Positions 23,566 through 34,676 of a stretch of DNA of 64,000 nt are shown piece after piece (the first letter of the stretch is position 1; each line of letters starts with the position of its first letter). Below the pieces are notes generated by a model. It was not told the DNA's origin, ran no database searches, and saw nothing but the letters and a program-made list of their open reading frames with translations. This stretch comes from Tetramitus jugosus (taxonomy: Eukaryota; Protista; Heterolobosea): the NCBI GenBank assembly GCA_937625935.1, contig OW569368.1, forward strand, positions 424,978 through 488,977, read 5' to 3'. Both the position numbers and the translations under genes were made by a program.

Positions 23566-26193
23566 TTATCTTTTTCTTTTGACGACTGTTTGTTGCTTCT
23601 TCTTTTCTTCTGCTATTTGGTCCTGTAACTTCTGTATGTCTTCTTGGTTTCTCTTTCTCTTGTTCGGGCTAATCTTGCTCACGAACTGTCGATACTTTAG
23701 ATCCACTTTCTTGTACACTGGATCTGTTCGCGATAGAGGTGCAATGAATTCCTCTGCAGTAAGAGGTTGATTGTGTAGCCTTTTCAGCCTTCTCTCTGAT
23801 AATACTTGCCTCACAATTTTGGCAACGGATCCACTAGAGTATCCGCTTCTACTTAATAGACATAACATATGCAGATCAAAGTTGTCTGGCAGCCCCGAGG
23901 GGTGCAGTGTCGATGAAGGATCCTTACTACTCTTGGATTCTTTGAACCATTCCATTCTGGCTCGCACCAACTTGGCCCATATTTCTCGATAACTTGCATA
24001 ATCAGGAAGTACCGTATTAATCATCCGATCGAAGAACTTCTCCCACAACTCTTGATCAGCATCCCAAGGTTCTCTTGAGTTTGCAACAATCAGTATCCTT
24101 TCTCCTGGCTGGAGTGTTTTGTGTTGGACAAGAAGTTCTTTCTTGAGCCTTACTCCTCCCTTCTTCGCTTTACCCTTTCCTTTTCCTTTAATGACATAGT
24201 CGAAATCATCAATATAAATGATGGCAGGTTGCATGTTTCGAGCTACCTCAAACACCATTTTAATCATGTTCGACGTTTCTTTAGCTCCTTCATTTTTCCC
24301 TGCGATGTTCTTTGGAGATAAGTCAAACAAGGTGGCATTCGTTTCGTGGGCCATTGCATAAGTTAGCATGGTCTTTCCTGTCTTTTCAGGACCAAACAAT
24401 AGAATACTCTTGATATTGGGAGCGATTTTCTTATGGATTTCTTCACTTCCAAGAGAGAGAGTGATTTCGGAGATTGTTTGCCGAACCTGACCCATACTAG
24501 GCTGATCCCAACCTTCAAGTAGACCTCCCAATATGTGATGACAGCCCAAATAATTCGATAATTTCAATTTAGGAACCTTCTTAACGATTCCGAGAGATAC
24601 AAGCTCATTCAGAAAAGGTTCAATTGATTTCTTCTCCGGAATAGGTTTTGGTGGTCGTTGAGGTGGTTTCTTTCTTTGCTTCGGATTCCTCGTTTTGGTT
24701 TCAGCTTCGATTTGTAGTTTCAGATTGTTGAGCTCTTGACGAATTTTTTCATCTACCTGTTTTCTTAGTTCTTCTTCGATTCCGTCTGCACCTCTCAATA
24801 GCTTCTGCCGTAGCATCTCACTGTCGAACTTTTGATAGAAATTGAATGGATTATTCTCTTTATCTGTCCATCTCTCGAGAAACAATTGAATAGCTTCCGG
24901 AATATCAAATTGAGTTTTTTCAGGTTCTTCAGGTTGCAGTTTAACTCTTGGGTCGGGTTGAGGTTTTGGAGTGCCTGTTCGACTAGCACTCCGTTGAGGT
25001 GGTTTACTGTCCTTTGTTTCTTCCTTCTTCTTCGGAATGGCATCTGGGGGCAATGATGCAATGTTTTGCATAAATGCCTTCGAACCTCCATCTGCCTCTG
25101 ACGGAAAGTTAGGTATTCCTGATTTCGTGTTCTCTGGATTATCTTGCCTGTACAATACTACTTGTTCGAGAATGGCGTCGTGCATATCTTCCATCATTTT
25201 TGGGCCCTCCTCCTTCACTATTTGCATTCTCATATTAACCGTTTCTTCATTTAAATCCTTGATATTTTCCTTCTGTATCAATTTTCTTCGTGCTTTTGTA
25301 CTTTCAATTTTTTTCGTCATGTTCCTTTCAAATTCCAAATATTCTGATGTGGACTTGTAGGCCATACCTAGAAACTCTGCTTCTTCTCGCTTCATATCTT
25401 TAGTAAGTTTTCTCGCTTGGTATCCTTTCCACAGTTTTTGAACCATGGTGGCTGCTCCGTCTCTATCAATATACATTTCACCCAACTCCACAACTCGCCT
25501 CACTCTTTCCTCTCTTTGTTTCAATTCTTTTTTGAACTTCGCACTCTGTCTTCCCTGCCTTCCTCTTTCGTTTGTTTGAATAATTAAGATTGCTTGTTGA
25601 AGAGTCATTGGAGCTAGAGGTTTCTCTTCTTCGAATGAATCCCACAAGTTGATTGTGTCATCAATATTGTGTCTTCGCATTAGTAAATCGATCAAAATTT
25701 CTCTTCGTTTCACCTCCTTTTCGTTCTCTTCCTTAAAATACCGAGGGATTCTTATCTCTAGCACTTCTGGGGTCTGTTTCAAGTCCACTAACACTTCATC
25801 CATGTCCACGAATTCACCAGAGAGTTCAATGATGGATCTACGAATTTCTAGAATTCTTCCAATCACTCTCTCTAGAATCAACTTGATATCTTGTCTCTTT
25901 TGAGGTTGCAACACTTGATCGTAGTAGTCCTATGGGAGAAGACAACCAATCCAACGGAGTTAATGTAAGGTTCACTCTTCATATGACAATCCCTATTATA
26001 TACAAACCTCTAGCTTATGATAAATGATCAAATATCGTACATAAAGACTTGCCAGGTGATTCTCTTGGAACTTCTTCACTTCCCACTTGTCCTTTGGCAG
26101 CAAACTCGTATCAGGTGGTCTCTCATCCTCCAAAATCTCTCTCAGCTCAACCAACACTTCTCTCAACAGCTCATTATATGTCCTATTACTCAT
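23566..26193 (-). CDS. DRC11: IQ and AAA domain protein, dynein regulatory complex subunit (DRC11/IQCA1); intron 25930-26007
   Basis: MSNRTYN start; LYVRYL..Y.KLE|DYYDQVLQPQKR across the intron; IQ motifs (IQTNERGRQGR, VQKLWKGYQAR); Walker A GPEKTGKT. Confidence 0.9.
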
Positions 26194-26366
26194 TCTTTGA
26201 GCGGTTTCCTGAATTTTAAAAAAGTCCGACACTTGTAGAAAATTTTGAGCGCGAAAATATTTTCGCATCGTGCACAAAAATTGCTGGCAATTGCGCTTCA
26301 AATCAACAATACAATCATCAACCAACCAACACAAGAAGAACAAGACACAAAATCAACAACCATAAA

Positions 26367-27572
26367 ATGTCCATTTTCGATGATCACTATGCCAACAATG
26401 CCGGTGCTGACCACTTGGCTGACATTTTCGGTACTGAAAAAGACAAGTTTGTATCACCAGTTTTTTTTTGCTTGTTTTTTTTTCAATTCAACAAAAGAGC
26501 TAACGAACGAACGAACCTGTACATTTACAGAGTCAACTGTCCATTCTATTGGAAGATTGGAGCTTGTAGACATGGTGAAAAATGTTCTCGTAATCACAAT
26601 AAACCAGCTCTCTCTCAAACGTTGCTCATTCCTCACATGTACCCCAATCCATTGTCCGCTCCGATACTGGACACACAAGGTCATCCACTAGAGTACGACA
26701 AGGAGTTTCTCCAGGAGAATTTTGATGAGTTTTATGAAGATGTTTTTGATGAGTGTTCCAAATTTGGTCGAATCGAAGAGTTGAACGTTTGTGAAAATGT
26801 GGCGGAACACATGCTGGGCAATGTCTATGTCAAGTACAGTAGGGAATCAGAAGCACAGAAAGCGTTGGATGGACTCAAGAATCGATACTATGCCGGTAGA
26901 GTCATGGCACCTGAATTTAGTCCAGTGACTGATTTTAAGGAAGCGAGGTGTAAGCTGTATGAACAGACAGTGTGTGAGCGTGGTGGAAGTTGTAATTTTA
27001 TGCATTTGAAAAAAGTGAGTGATGATTTGGGATATGATTTGTTTGGAGATCGATTCAGGCATATAAAGTACGGTTATGGCAGTGGTAAAGGAGGTGATCG
27101 AAGCAGTGGTGGTGGTAGCTATCATCATCATCGTGATGAACGTGATCGACCCTCTTCGTATCACCACGGTGGTAGTAGTCGTGACTATCATCGATCTTCT
27201 CGATCGAGCAGAGACTATTACTATGATAGAGATGAGCGAAGAAGCAGCAGGAGTGATCGAGATTATCGGGGCAGCAGTGGCAGTAGTCGATCTTCTCGTG
27301 GCAGCAGTCGATCCTCGTATGACCGTGATCGCGGTGACTATAAACAAGGCAGAAAGTACGAAAGCAGTGGAACAGCATCGACAACAACAAGAAGAAGCAG
27401 AACACCTCCATCCAGTTATGAATGGGCCGATACGAGCAACGCAGGACAAAAAAGAAAACGAAATGTCGATTCTCCAGCGACTGATGCATTCGTATCACTG
27501 TCACTTGACACCAATGGCAACAATGACGGTGGAACAAGTAAGAAGATGAGACATCAGGAACATCAAGAATAA
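26367..27572 (+). CDS. U2AF1: Splicing factor U2AF small subunit (U2AF35); intron 26447-26530
   Basis: IFGTEKDK|VNCPFYWKIGACRHGEKCSR.H zinc finger 1, UHM domain, zinc finger 2 (C..GG.CNFMH), RS-rich tail. Confidence 0.97.
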   Translation: MSIFDDHYANNAGADHLADIFGTEKDKFVSPVFFCLFFFQFNKRANERTNLYIYRVNCPFYWKIGACRHGEKCSRNHNKPALSQTLLIPHMYPNPLSAPILDTQGHPLEYDKEFLQENFDEFYEDVFDECSKFGRIEELNVCENVAEHMLGNVYVKYSRESEAQKALDGLKNRYYAGRVMAPEFSPVTDFKEARCKLYEQTVCERGGSCNFMHLKKVSDDLGYDLFGDRFRHIKYGYGSGKGGDRSSGGGSYHHHRDERDRPSSYHHGGSSRDYHRSSRSSRDYYYDRDERRSSRSDRDYRGSSGSSRSSRGSSRSSYDRDRGDYKQGRKYESSGTASTTTRRSRTPPSSYEWADTSNAGQKRKRNVDSPATDAFVSLSLDTNGNNDGGTSKKMRHQEHQE

Positions 27573-27818
27573 AAACTGAAATTGCCAACAGGCACCACAT
27601 GGCATAACATTCCATCACCACAAATAATCATAAAAGAAGATCAACAAGACATCAACTTCCTCCACTACGCGTTATGCATTTTCAATAAAGCAATCCACAA
27701 CAAATATCATTCACAACAAAAATGCTCATGCGCAACACAATTGTATCCACCGATTCAACATCAAATATCGAAAAAAAAACAGCTCGTCTTTCACGTTTAA
27801 AAAAAATCTCTTCATCTA

Positions 27819-28377
27819 TTATGGTGCTTGCGCTTGTTGTTGTGGTTGTTCAAGATTTCTCAAATTAAGTAGCAAATCATCGGTTGCCTTCTTGAACTCT
27901 TGATACTGTTCTTGTTTCAGTAAACCGTCCTTTAACAAATCAGCTTCAATCTGTTGCCTAGCATTCCAAACACGACTCTGAATATATGGACTACCGCCCT
28001 TCTTTGGATCATTAACCGTAAATAATTTTTCAAATGTCGTTTGAACGCGCGTAAAATCAACTTGATCTTTTGTTTTCACTTCTTGTTCAAATCCTAAAAT
28101 TTTGGCGGCTTCTTCAAAAGTCATTGGAGGCTTCTGATTCGTCTTTATTCCGACTTTTTTACTAAAATCAAGTTTTGGTCCATTTTCTGTGATCAAGTAA
28201 GTGGTTAGTAGATCTGTGTGTGTGTGTCATTTGGATGATTCATCATCAACCAAAAAAAAAGAGTGTGAACACAAAACACATACTGGCTGCTTGTTTATAG
28301 GCCTCTCGGAATGATTTGAAGAGGATGGGCGTTAGAACGACGGCCAAACGAATGAGTTGAGGGAGAAATGGTGCCAT
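27819..28377 (-). CDS. PAM16: Mitochondrial import motor J-like subunit Pam16/Tim16; intron 28187-28283
   Basis: Spliced sequence reads KSFREAYKQAA...MTFEEAAKILG...FEKLFTVNDPKKGGSPYIQSRVWNA. Confidence 0.9.
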
Positions 28378-28819
28378 CTATGTGTGTGTGTGTGGGGGTG
28401 GAGAGAAGAGTGTCTCTTGTTGTTGTTGTGTTTTTTTCTTTGAGGTTTTGCGGTACGGAGTTTTGTTTGTGTGTGAACACAAGTTTTTTTGTCTCAATGA
28501 TTTCCCGAACCAGAGTTTTACCGACCGGAAGAAACAACTTCACCTCTCATGATGTTGGTGTTGTGAACCATTGGCCATCGTGTTGGTTTCTGAGAACTTC
28601 TTCCTCTTCTTCCTCATGATTTGGTGATGAAATCCTTTGTTTGTGAGATCTGAACTTTGGTTGACTGACTGGTTGTCTTACGCACATCTAAAAAAATATT
28701 TAGAGCCGGAAATAACATTGACCAATACCATGAGGCACGGTAGTTAAGTTTTCGGACTGAGATCACTCACAGTTCACAAACAATCACACAACCCTTTTGT
28801 AATAGTAATTTCCACAGTC

Positions 28820-29470
28820 ATGAGTAGATTTGGTCTCATTACCAACACATTCTTTATCCTGATCAGTGGTCTGTTCAGTGCCATGTTCAATATTGCATTG
28901 GCAGTGCTGGGATTCTACATTTATGTGCGCCTGTATAACAAGTCCTATGACAATACAGGAAGTTGTAAGGGCTTAGCCATCAGAAGACTATTTTTGGCAG
29001 ATGCGGTTATGAACAGCATTGGTATAGGAATTGCCATCATGTCCACATGTGTTCACATGGGACAATACTACAATGCCTCAAGAAAAGCGTCAGAATATGG
29101 AAATATTGATCGAGAGTTGACAGCCAGTGATCTGGACATGAGAGGAGGCAGTTTGTCCACCAGTCTCAGAGGATGTATCAGTTGTGGCTCTCTCGGTGTT
29201 CTCATTGCTATTTCTGCTCTCTTCTGGGGTAACACACAGAGTTGCAGCAACATATTCCCTAATCAAGTCTATCGTCTCATGTGGTCCTACTTGATTGCCA
29301 ATTATGTCTTCTTGGCATCGATTGCTCTGTGCAGTTGTCTCGTGTGGTCTGGCGTCGGAGCTTACACATCCTACTATACAACAACATCTGGTATTGTCAG
29401 ACTAGAGGAAAAGGAGCCATTGGCACACACCACAAGAACTACATTTATTCGTTCCACTACTGCACCATAA
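28820..29470 (+). CDS. Hypothetical 4-TM membrane protein
   Basis: 216-aa ORF with four hydrophobic segments and Cys residues in the loops. Confidence 0.6.
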   Translation: MSRFGLITNTFFILISGLFSAMFNIALAVLGFYIYVRLYNKSYDNTGSCKGLAIRRLFLADAVMNSIGIGIAIMSTCVHMGQYYNASRKASEYGNIDRELTASDLDMRGGSLSTSLRGCISCGSLGVLIAISALFWGNTQSCSNIFPNQVYRLMWSYLIANYVFLASIALCSCLVWSGVGAYTSYYTTTSGIVRLEEKEPLAHTTRTTFIRSTTAP

Positions 29471-29527
29471 TCGACACACATGTGCTTTCTCCATCACAAC
29501 CAACCTTGTACAAATAAAATGATCGAC

Positions 29528-31618
29528 TTACATTACCATATTTCCATGGGATGATAGTCGATCATAAATAGTCTTAACAAAAAGAGTAAACATACTGTTA
29601 CTATCCGTGTTGCTTAATATCGTTTCGATGTGTCTCATATTGTTGGCATGCTGTGTTTGATTCGATAAAATGTTCATGAAGCGATCATAAACAAACTCAG
29701 AAAAGACTTGGAGAGAGGGAGGTGCCATCTCGCGACTCTCAAATCCATATCGTTGTTTTTCATCTTCGTTCAACTCGAGAGAGTCAAACGAGAATTTTCT
29801 TTCGAATTTAAAGTCCAGCATACGGCGTGTGCTGCACAGGAACATCAAACAGATATGAATAGTTTCATTCATTGTTGGTTGATCTGCAAAGAAGAGTATC
29901 ACTTTGTCAACCTGTTTTTGGAGAACAGGTAAACTATATGAAAGTTGTGTGCGGTTCTCTGACAAGTCTACCCACATTTGTATCTTTTCCATTTTGTTGC
30001 ACAGATTGTGTTCATTCAATGATACAACCAAGTCTATCAAATGAGATACCCCATGTGGATAGTTGAGAGTTCCAAATTGCGTCAAGTGTGGCATTGACCG
30101 AATGAAGCTCTTAAAACCATCTCTCTCCAAATTTGTTGAGTCCAAGCATGCTGTCTCAAGATTAGTGCTCATTGAACAGCTTGGAAAATCAACAAAATTC
30201 GGAATATTCGCAGTGTCTAATTCAATGGTTCTTAGACGATGTAACTTAGTAAAAAGATCCACAAAATTCTCTGTTTCTATAAGTTCTACGCTGTAGGTCG
30301 ACAACTTGAGCAAGTTGGTACATGTCAGTAGTGTTTCAAATGTATCATCATCTAATTCGTCCGAGTCTACAAATTTTACAACAGATATATGATGAAGAAC
30401 GCTGGGTGGTAAATACTGGAACAATGTTGTTGGGCCCTTAAAAATTGTCAAGGATTGAATGTTAGCAAGGGCTGACTCATCACTGTAGTTGCACTCATTA
30501 ATTGATAGTTTTCTCACTCTTCTCCCGCTCAGTTGTTGTAGCAGAGCGTGTACAGTTGCTTCACAATGTATCTGCTTTACACTCAAGCTCGTTAATTGTG
30601 GAAGTACAATAGATGCAAGACGGTCAATATCATCAATCTCTATCGTGTCATCCAATGTATTACGTAAGTGTAAGGTCTCTACATTTTGACCGCAGCAATT
30701 CAGCATTTTCCATAAAAATTCCTGTGGACCAGCAATTCTTAACTTCTTAACTGCAGGAACACTGAAAGATGATGCTTCTAGATCCATCGAATCTGTTTGA
30801 ATCGTGAGATCTACAATATGGCCAGGCAGATTCAGATTCTTCAATGTTTCAACTTCTAGCTCAAGTTTAGTAAGCTTACTCAATTGCATCAACTCATCAC
30901 ACCAGTTATTCCCCTTTGAAGCTTTCAAAGACAGTTGAGTCAATGTTTCTTTGATAGTTGACTCACAAACAATTTGTTTCATGAGATTTTTTCCAGATGA
31001 TCGATGCAAAATCAGAGATAATCGCCGTAGATTCATTTGTCGCAACAACACTGTTCTTGGTGCGTGATCCATGGGGCACAACAAGTGCAAATCCTCTATA
31101 GACGTCGAAACACAATGATCAGCCATGTATTTCATCACATGCACTTCCACCAGTGAACCATTGGACGAAACAAAGCTCAAAGCTCTCAAGTCAGACAATA
31201 CATTCTTCCATGAATGACAATGTAGGGAGGTATGACTCACTGGATTCGAAATATCAATAACTAGCTCCGTTACTTTCAAACTTTCACACCCAAGAATACA
31301 GTTGATCCAAAATTGATTCTTCACATGAAATTTGCTTGCATTGGCTCTCATTGCAAAAGCAATCAAGTATTTTGAAGAAATCAATAAAGAAGGACAAGTT
31401 CTGCTGAGGGGAATGCACTGTGAGTGTTGAGACCAGAGAGCATATGGAGACTCATCACAACAACAACAACCTTGAATAAACGAATAGAAAAAGTGGTTGA
31501 CCAATGAGAGTTGGTGAATGAGGAGAGATGGAGAAAGGAAATGACACACGTGACCAATGAGTTCTTTTGGTAGGAGTTGTGTGATGTTTGTCGTTGTTGT
31601 TGTTGTTTGGTCGGTCAT
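29528..31618 (-). CDS. F-box/LRR-like protein
   Basis: N-terminal LLPKELIGHVCHFL...LSLVNHFF F-box; degenerate LxxLxL repeats. Confidence 0.75.
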   Translation of the reverse strand: MTDQTTTTTTNITQLLPKELIGHVCHFLSPSLLIHQLSLVNHFFYSFIQGCCCCDESPYALWSQHSQCIPLSRTCPSLLISSKYLIAFAMRANASKFHVKNQFWINCILGCESLKVTELVIDISNPVSHTSLHCHSWKNVLSDLRALSFVSSNGSLVEVHVMKYMADHCVSTSIEDLHLLCPMDHAPRTVLLRQMNLRRLSLILHRSSGKNLMKQIVCESTIKETLTQLSLKASKGNNWCDELMQLSKLTKLELEVETLKNLNLPGHIVDLTIQTDSMDLEASSFSVPAVKKLRIAGPQEFLWKMLNCCGQNVETLHLRNTLDDTIEIDDIDRLASIVLPQLTSLSVKQIHCEATVHALLQQLSGRRVRKLSINECNYSDESALANIQSLTIFKGPTTLFQYLPPSVLHHISVVKFVDSDELDDDTFETLLTCTNLLKLSTYSVELIETENFVDLFTKLHRLRTIELDTANIPNFVDFPSCSMSTNLETACLDSTNLERDGFKSFIRSMPHLTQFGTLNYPHGVSHLIDLVVSLNEHNLCNKMEKIQMWVDLSENRTQLSYSLPVLQKQVDKVILFFADQPTMNETIHICLMFLCSTRRMLDFKFERKFSFDSLELNEDEKQRYGFESREMAPPSLQVFSEFVYDRFMNILSNQTQHANNMRHIETILSNTDSNSMFTLFVKTIYDRLSSHGNMVM

Positions 31619-32345
31619 TTGTTGTTGAATTTGTTGATTCTGTGGGTGTGATTTGCTTCAGCGGCCTGAAAACTTGATAAAGCAACAACAAGGTTTTATT
31701 GCTGTGCGTACCAATGGGCACACCCCTCGTCTCCCCACTTCGTGTAATGAACTTTAACATTCCATTGTCTCCAAACAGAACCAACAAAGGGTTTTTGGAC
31801 TGGCTTTCGTTGTAATTATAATTCAACAAACAAATGCCTCTGATATTGAAATGTTTTGGTTCTTTGAATGAAAACTTGACTGTTCCGTCCAAGTGATAAA
31901 TGGTAATCACATTGCTCGAAGTGACTGTGGCCACTAATATTTCATCAATCCCCACTGACTCTTCCGCCACTGCGACATGCGTCAAAGGCTTCGAATGACT
32001 CACAAACTGTTGAACAATTTGACCGTCAGACACATTCCAAAGAATGGCAGTCTTGTCCTTTGATCCAGAAACAACATAGGATCTTGAAGAATTCAGACAA
32101 GTCAATGGTTTAGAATGCCCTGACAACTTGAATTTCGCTTCAGTGATGGAATCTGTGTCCGTGTCAGAAAACTCATGGAGGATGACTGAAGGGATGTCAT
32201 CGTCAAGTCCGATTGCACAAAAATGGCCTTCAAAGGATGAAGTCAAGAGTTTGGCTCTGTAATGGCTTTTGTCAATAGGTAACACTTCCCAGGTTTGTTG
32301 TGCCATGCCTGTTTTTCCTGGGTTGACCTTGTGTTCTTTTGGCAT
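31455..32345 (-). CDS. WD40-repeat protein (3' end uncertain)
   Basis: LSGHSKPLTCL...VVSGSKDKTAILWN and SHSKPLTHVAV repeats. Confidence 0.7.
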   Translation of the reverse strand: MPKEHKVNPGKTGMAQQTWEVLPIDKSHYRAKLLTSSFEGHFCAIGLDDDIPSVILHEFSDTDTDSITEAKFKLSGHSKPLTCLNSSRSYVVSGSKDKTAILWNVSDGQIVQQFVSHSKPLTHVAVAEESVGIDEILVATVTSSNVITIYHLDGTVKFSFKEPKHFNIRGICLLNYNYNESQSKNPLLVLFGDNGMLKFITRSGETRGVPIGTHSNKTLLLLYQVFRPLKQITPTESTNSTTNDRPNNNNNDKHHTTPTKRTHWSRVSFPFSISPHSPTLIGQPLFLFVYSRLLLL

Positions 32346-32503
32346 TTCCTGAATTCCGCGAAACTCCTCATTGCAATCCGAACTTAGAATTGATCGAATT
32401 TGGAAGTTTCAAGCCAGTTAGATTGTTGATCTGATCTTGCAAGCTTTTTGGTGAACCTGAAGATAAGTCAGCAATCAACCAACGAGTTTTCATTTGTATT
32501 GCG

Positions 32504-34384
32504 ATGGAACACCTGATCAACACAGTAAGCCATTGCTTCAATGTGTATAGAAATCCTCACTATTTACTAGATGAGGAGGAGTTGGGGCAAATGATTGACT
32601 CCAGAGGGAGTATACTTACTCGCACAAGACAGCACTATGAATTAATGAAGACATTGATACCTTACTTGTGGCCTAAAGGAAATTGGGGAGTGAGTTTTCG
32701 AGTCATTTTGGCGTTTATGTGCTTAGTATTGAGCAAAGTTGTCAATGTTAGTGCTCCTTTTGCATACAAGCACGCAGTGGATTCGATGACTCGAGATAGA
32801 TTTAGTTTGCCGGTGTTTGCTATCCTAGCATACGGTTTAGGTGCAATCACAAACAACTTTTTAACCAACTTGAGAGATGTATTGTTTGTTAAAGTGCAGA
32901 ATAATGCACTCAGAGAGGTTTCCATTCAGTTGTTTACGCACTTGCACAAATTATCCATCGCTTTTCACCTGAATAGAAAGACTGGTAGTGTGTTGAGAGC
33001 AATTGACCGTGGAACAAAGAGTATTCAATCTGTAATTCAGTTTTTGATCTTTAACATCTTTCCAATCATGTTAGAAGTGCTGTTGGTGTGTTCTATATTG
33101 ATCATTCGTTATACAGCCTGGATCTCTATCGTGACATTTGGATTTGTAACTCTATATGTCATATTTACAATCATGGTAACAGAATGGCGTACCAAATTCC
33201 GCAGGGATATGAACAAATTTGAGAATGACGCAAATGACAGAGCAGTAGATAGCTTACTGAATTTTGAAACTGTCAAATATTTTGGTGCTGAAAAATATGA
33301 GGCTGAGAGATATCGAGAAGCTATCGATCTCTATATACAACAAGCTCAGAAGAGCACGGCTTCTCTTGCATTTCTCAATATTGGACAAAGTTCGATTATT
33401 TCGCTGGGACAGCTATCTGTCAATCTACTTTGTGCTTCTCAAATGTCCATGGGCAACATGACTGTTGGAGATTTTGTGATGATAAACACATTCATTCTTC
33501 AGCTCTATGTTCCTCTTAACTATTTAGGAACAAGTTACCGAGTGATTAAGAAATCATATGTTGACATGGAGAATATGTTTGATTTGTTGAAGGAGCAACC
33601 TGGTGTTCAGGATTTGCCTGATGCTCAGATTTTTGTTCCTAAAGGGGGTGAAGTCGTATTCGAAGATATCAAATTCAAGTACAATAATGATAGTGATCAA
33701 ATGGTACTGAAGGGAGTATCTTTTTGTGTTAAGCCTGGCAAGCAACTAGCCATTGTAGGTTCTTCAGGCTGCGGTAAGACGACGATAAACAAGCTTCTGT
33801 TTCGCTTCTACAACCCAAACTATGGCAGAATTCTTGTTGATGGTCAGGACATTACTCAGGTCAAGCAAGAAACTTTGAGACAGTGCATAGGTATTGTTCC
33901 TCAGGATACCGTGTTGTTCAACGATTCAATCAGGTACAATATCCAATATGGTAACCTTGAAGCAAGTCATGAGCAGGTAGTGCAAGCAGCTGAAGTGGCA
34001 GCAATATTGTCCAAAATTGAAGGTTTTGACGGGGGGTGGGACACACTAGTCGGTGAGCGTGGGACCAGATTATCGGGCGGAGAGAAGCAACGAGTGGCCA
34101 TTGCTCGTGTTGTGCTCAAAGGAACAGAGATTGTCGTAATGGATGAAGCTACAAGTTCTTTGGATTCCGTTACAGAAGAAGTAATTCAACACAAGTTACG
34201 AGAGGTATTCAAAGGAAAGATAACAACGATTGTTTTCGCTCACAGGTTGAGTACAATTGTGGACTCGGATGAGATTATTGTCTTAAATGATGGTGTGATC
34301 GTAGAGCGCGGTACTCATGAGGAGTTGTTGGAGCTAAGAGGTGAATATAGTAGGCTTTGGGACAAGCAGAGCAGGAACCATTGA
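32504..34384 (+). CDS. ABCB half-transporter, ATM1/HMT1 (ABCB6/7)-like
   Basis: FHLNRKTG, DSLLNFETVKYF, PLNYLGTSYR, Walker A GSSGCGKT, VPQDTVLFND, LSGGEKQRVAIAR, DEATSSLD. Confidence 0.95.
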   Translation: MEHLINTVSHCFNVYRNPHYLLDEEELGQMIDSRGSILTRTRQHYELMKTLIPYLWPKGNWGVSFRVILAFMCLVLSKVVNVSAPFAYKHAVDSMTRDRFSLPVFAILAYGLGAITNNFLTNLRDVLFVKVQNNALREVSIQLFTHLHKLSIAFHLNRKTGSVLRAIDRGTKSIQSVIQFLIFNIFPIMLEVLLVCSILIIRYTAWISIVTFGFVTLYVIFTIMVTEWRTKFRRDMNKFENDANDRAVDSLLNFETVKYFGAEKYEAERYREAIDLYIQQAQKSTASLAFLNIGQSSIISLGQLSVNLLCASQMSMGNMTVGDFVMINTFILQLYVPLNYLGTSYRVIKKSYVDMENMFDLLKEQPGVQDLPDAQIFVPKGGEVVFEDIKFKYNNDSDQMVLKGVSFCVKPGKQLAIVGSSGCGKTTINKLLFRFYNPNYGRILVDGQDITQVKQETLRQCIGIVPQDTVLFNDSIRYNIQYGNLEASHEQVVQAAEVAAILSKIEGFDGGWDTLVGERGTRLSGGEKQRVAIARVVLKGTEIVVMDEATSSLDSVTEEVIQHKLREVFKGKITTIVFAHRLSTIVDSDEIIVLNDGVIVERGTHEELLELRGEYSRLWDKQSRNH

Positions 34385-34676
34385 GAATTGAGGATCATCA
34401 GTTTTCACTGTTGAACTCTCAATTTGGTCAAAGCGCTTCTAAATGGAAAAATATATTGGGACCAATATCTTTCGTTCGAAACAGATGAAACTTCAGAGAT
34501 GGAACAAATCAACCGAGAATGTTGATTCTAACATGGAAATCTCCCCTGTGATATAAAACATGTTCCATCCTCATTTTTCTGCAGAGAGGGTCCCCATGGT
34601 GAAACTATTTAACTGGGGTGGTTTTTCTCTCCACACATTATTTTACAACAACATTCACAATTTGTTACTATACACT

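Noticed and set aside
28546-28670. C/D box snoRNA-like TGATG(A)...CTGA motifs
   Set aside because: Units are short, no rRNA guide is recognisable, and the motifs are common in this genome.
31455-31618. Functional same-strand overlap of the WD40 and F-box ORFs
   Set aside because: The overlapping tail is low-complexity alternate-frame sequence; an unannotated intron or lost stop is more likely.
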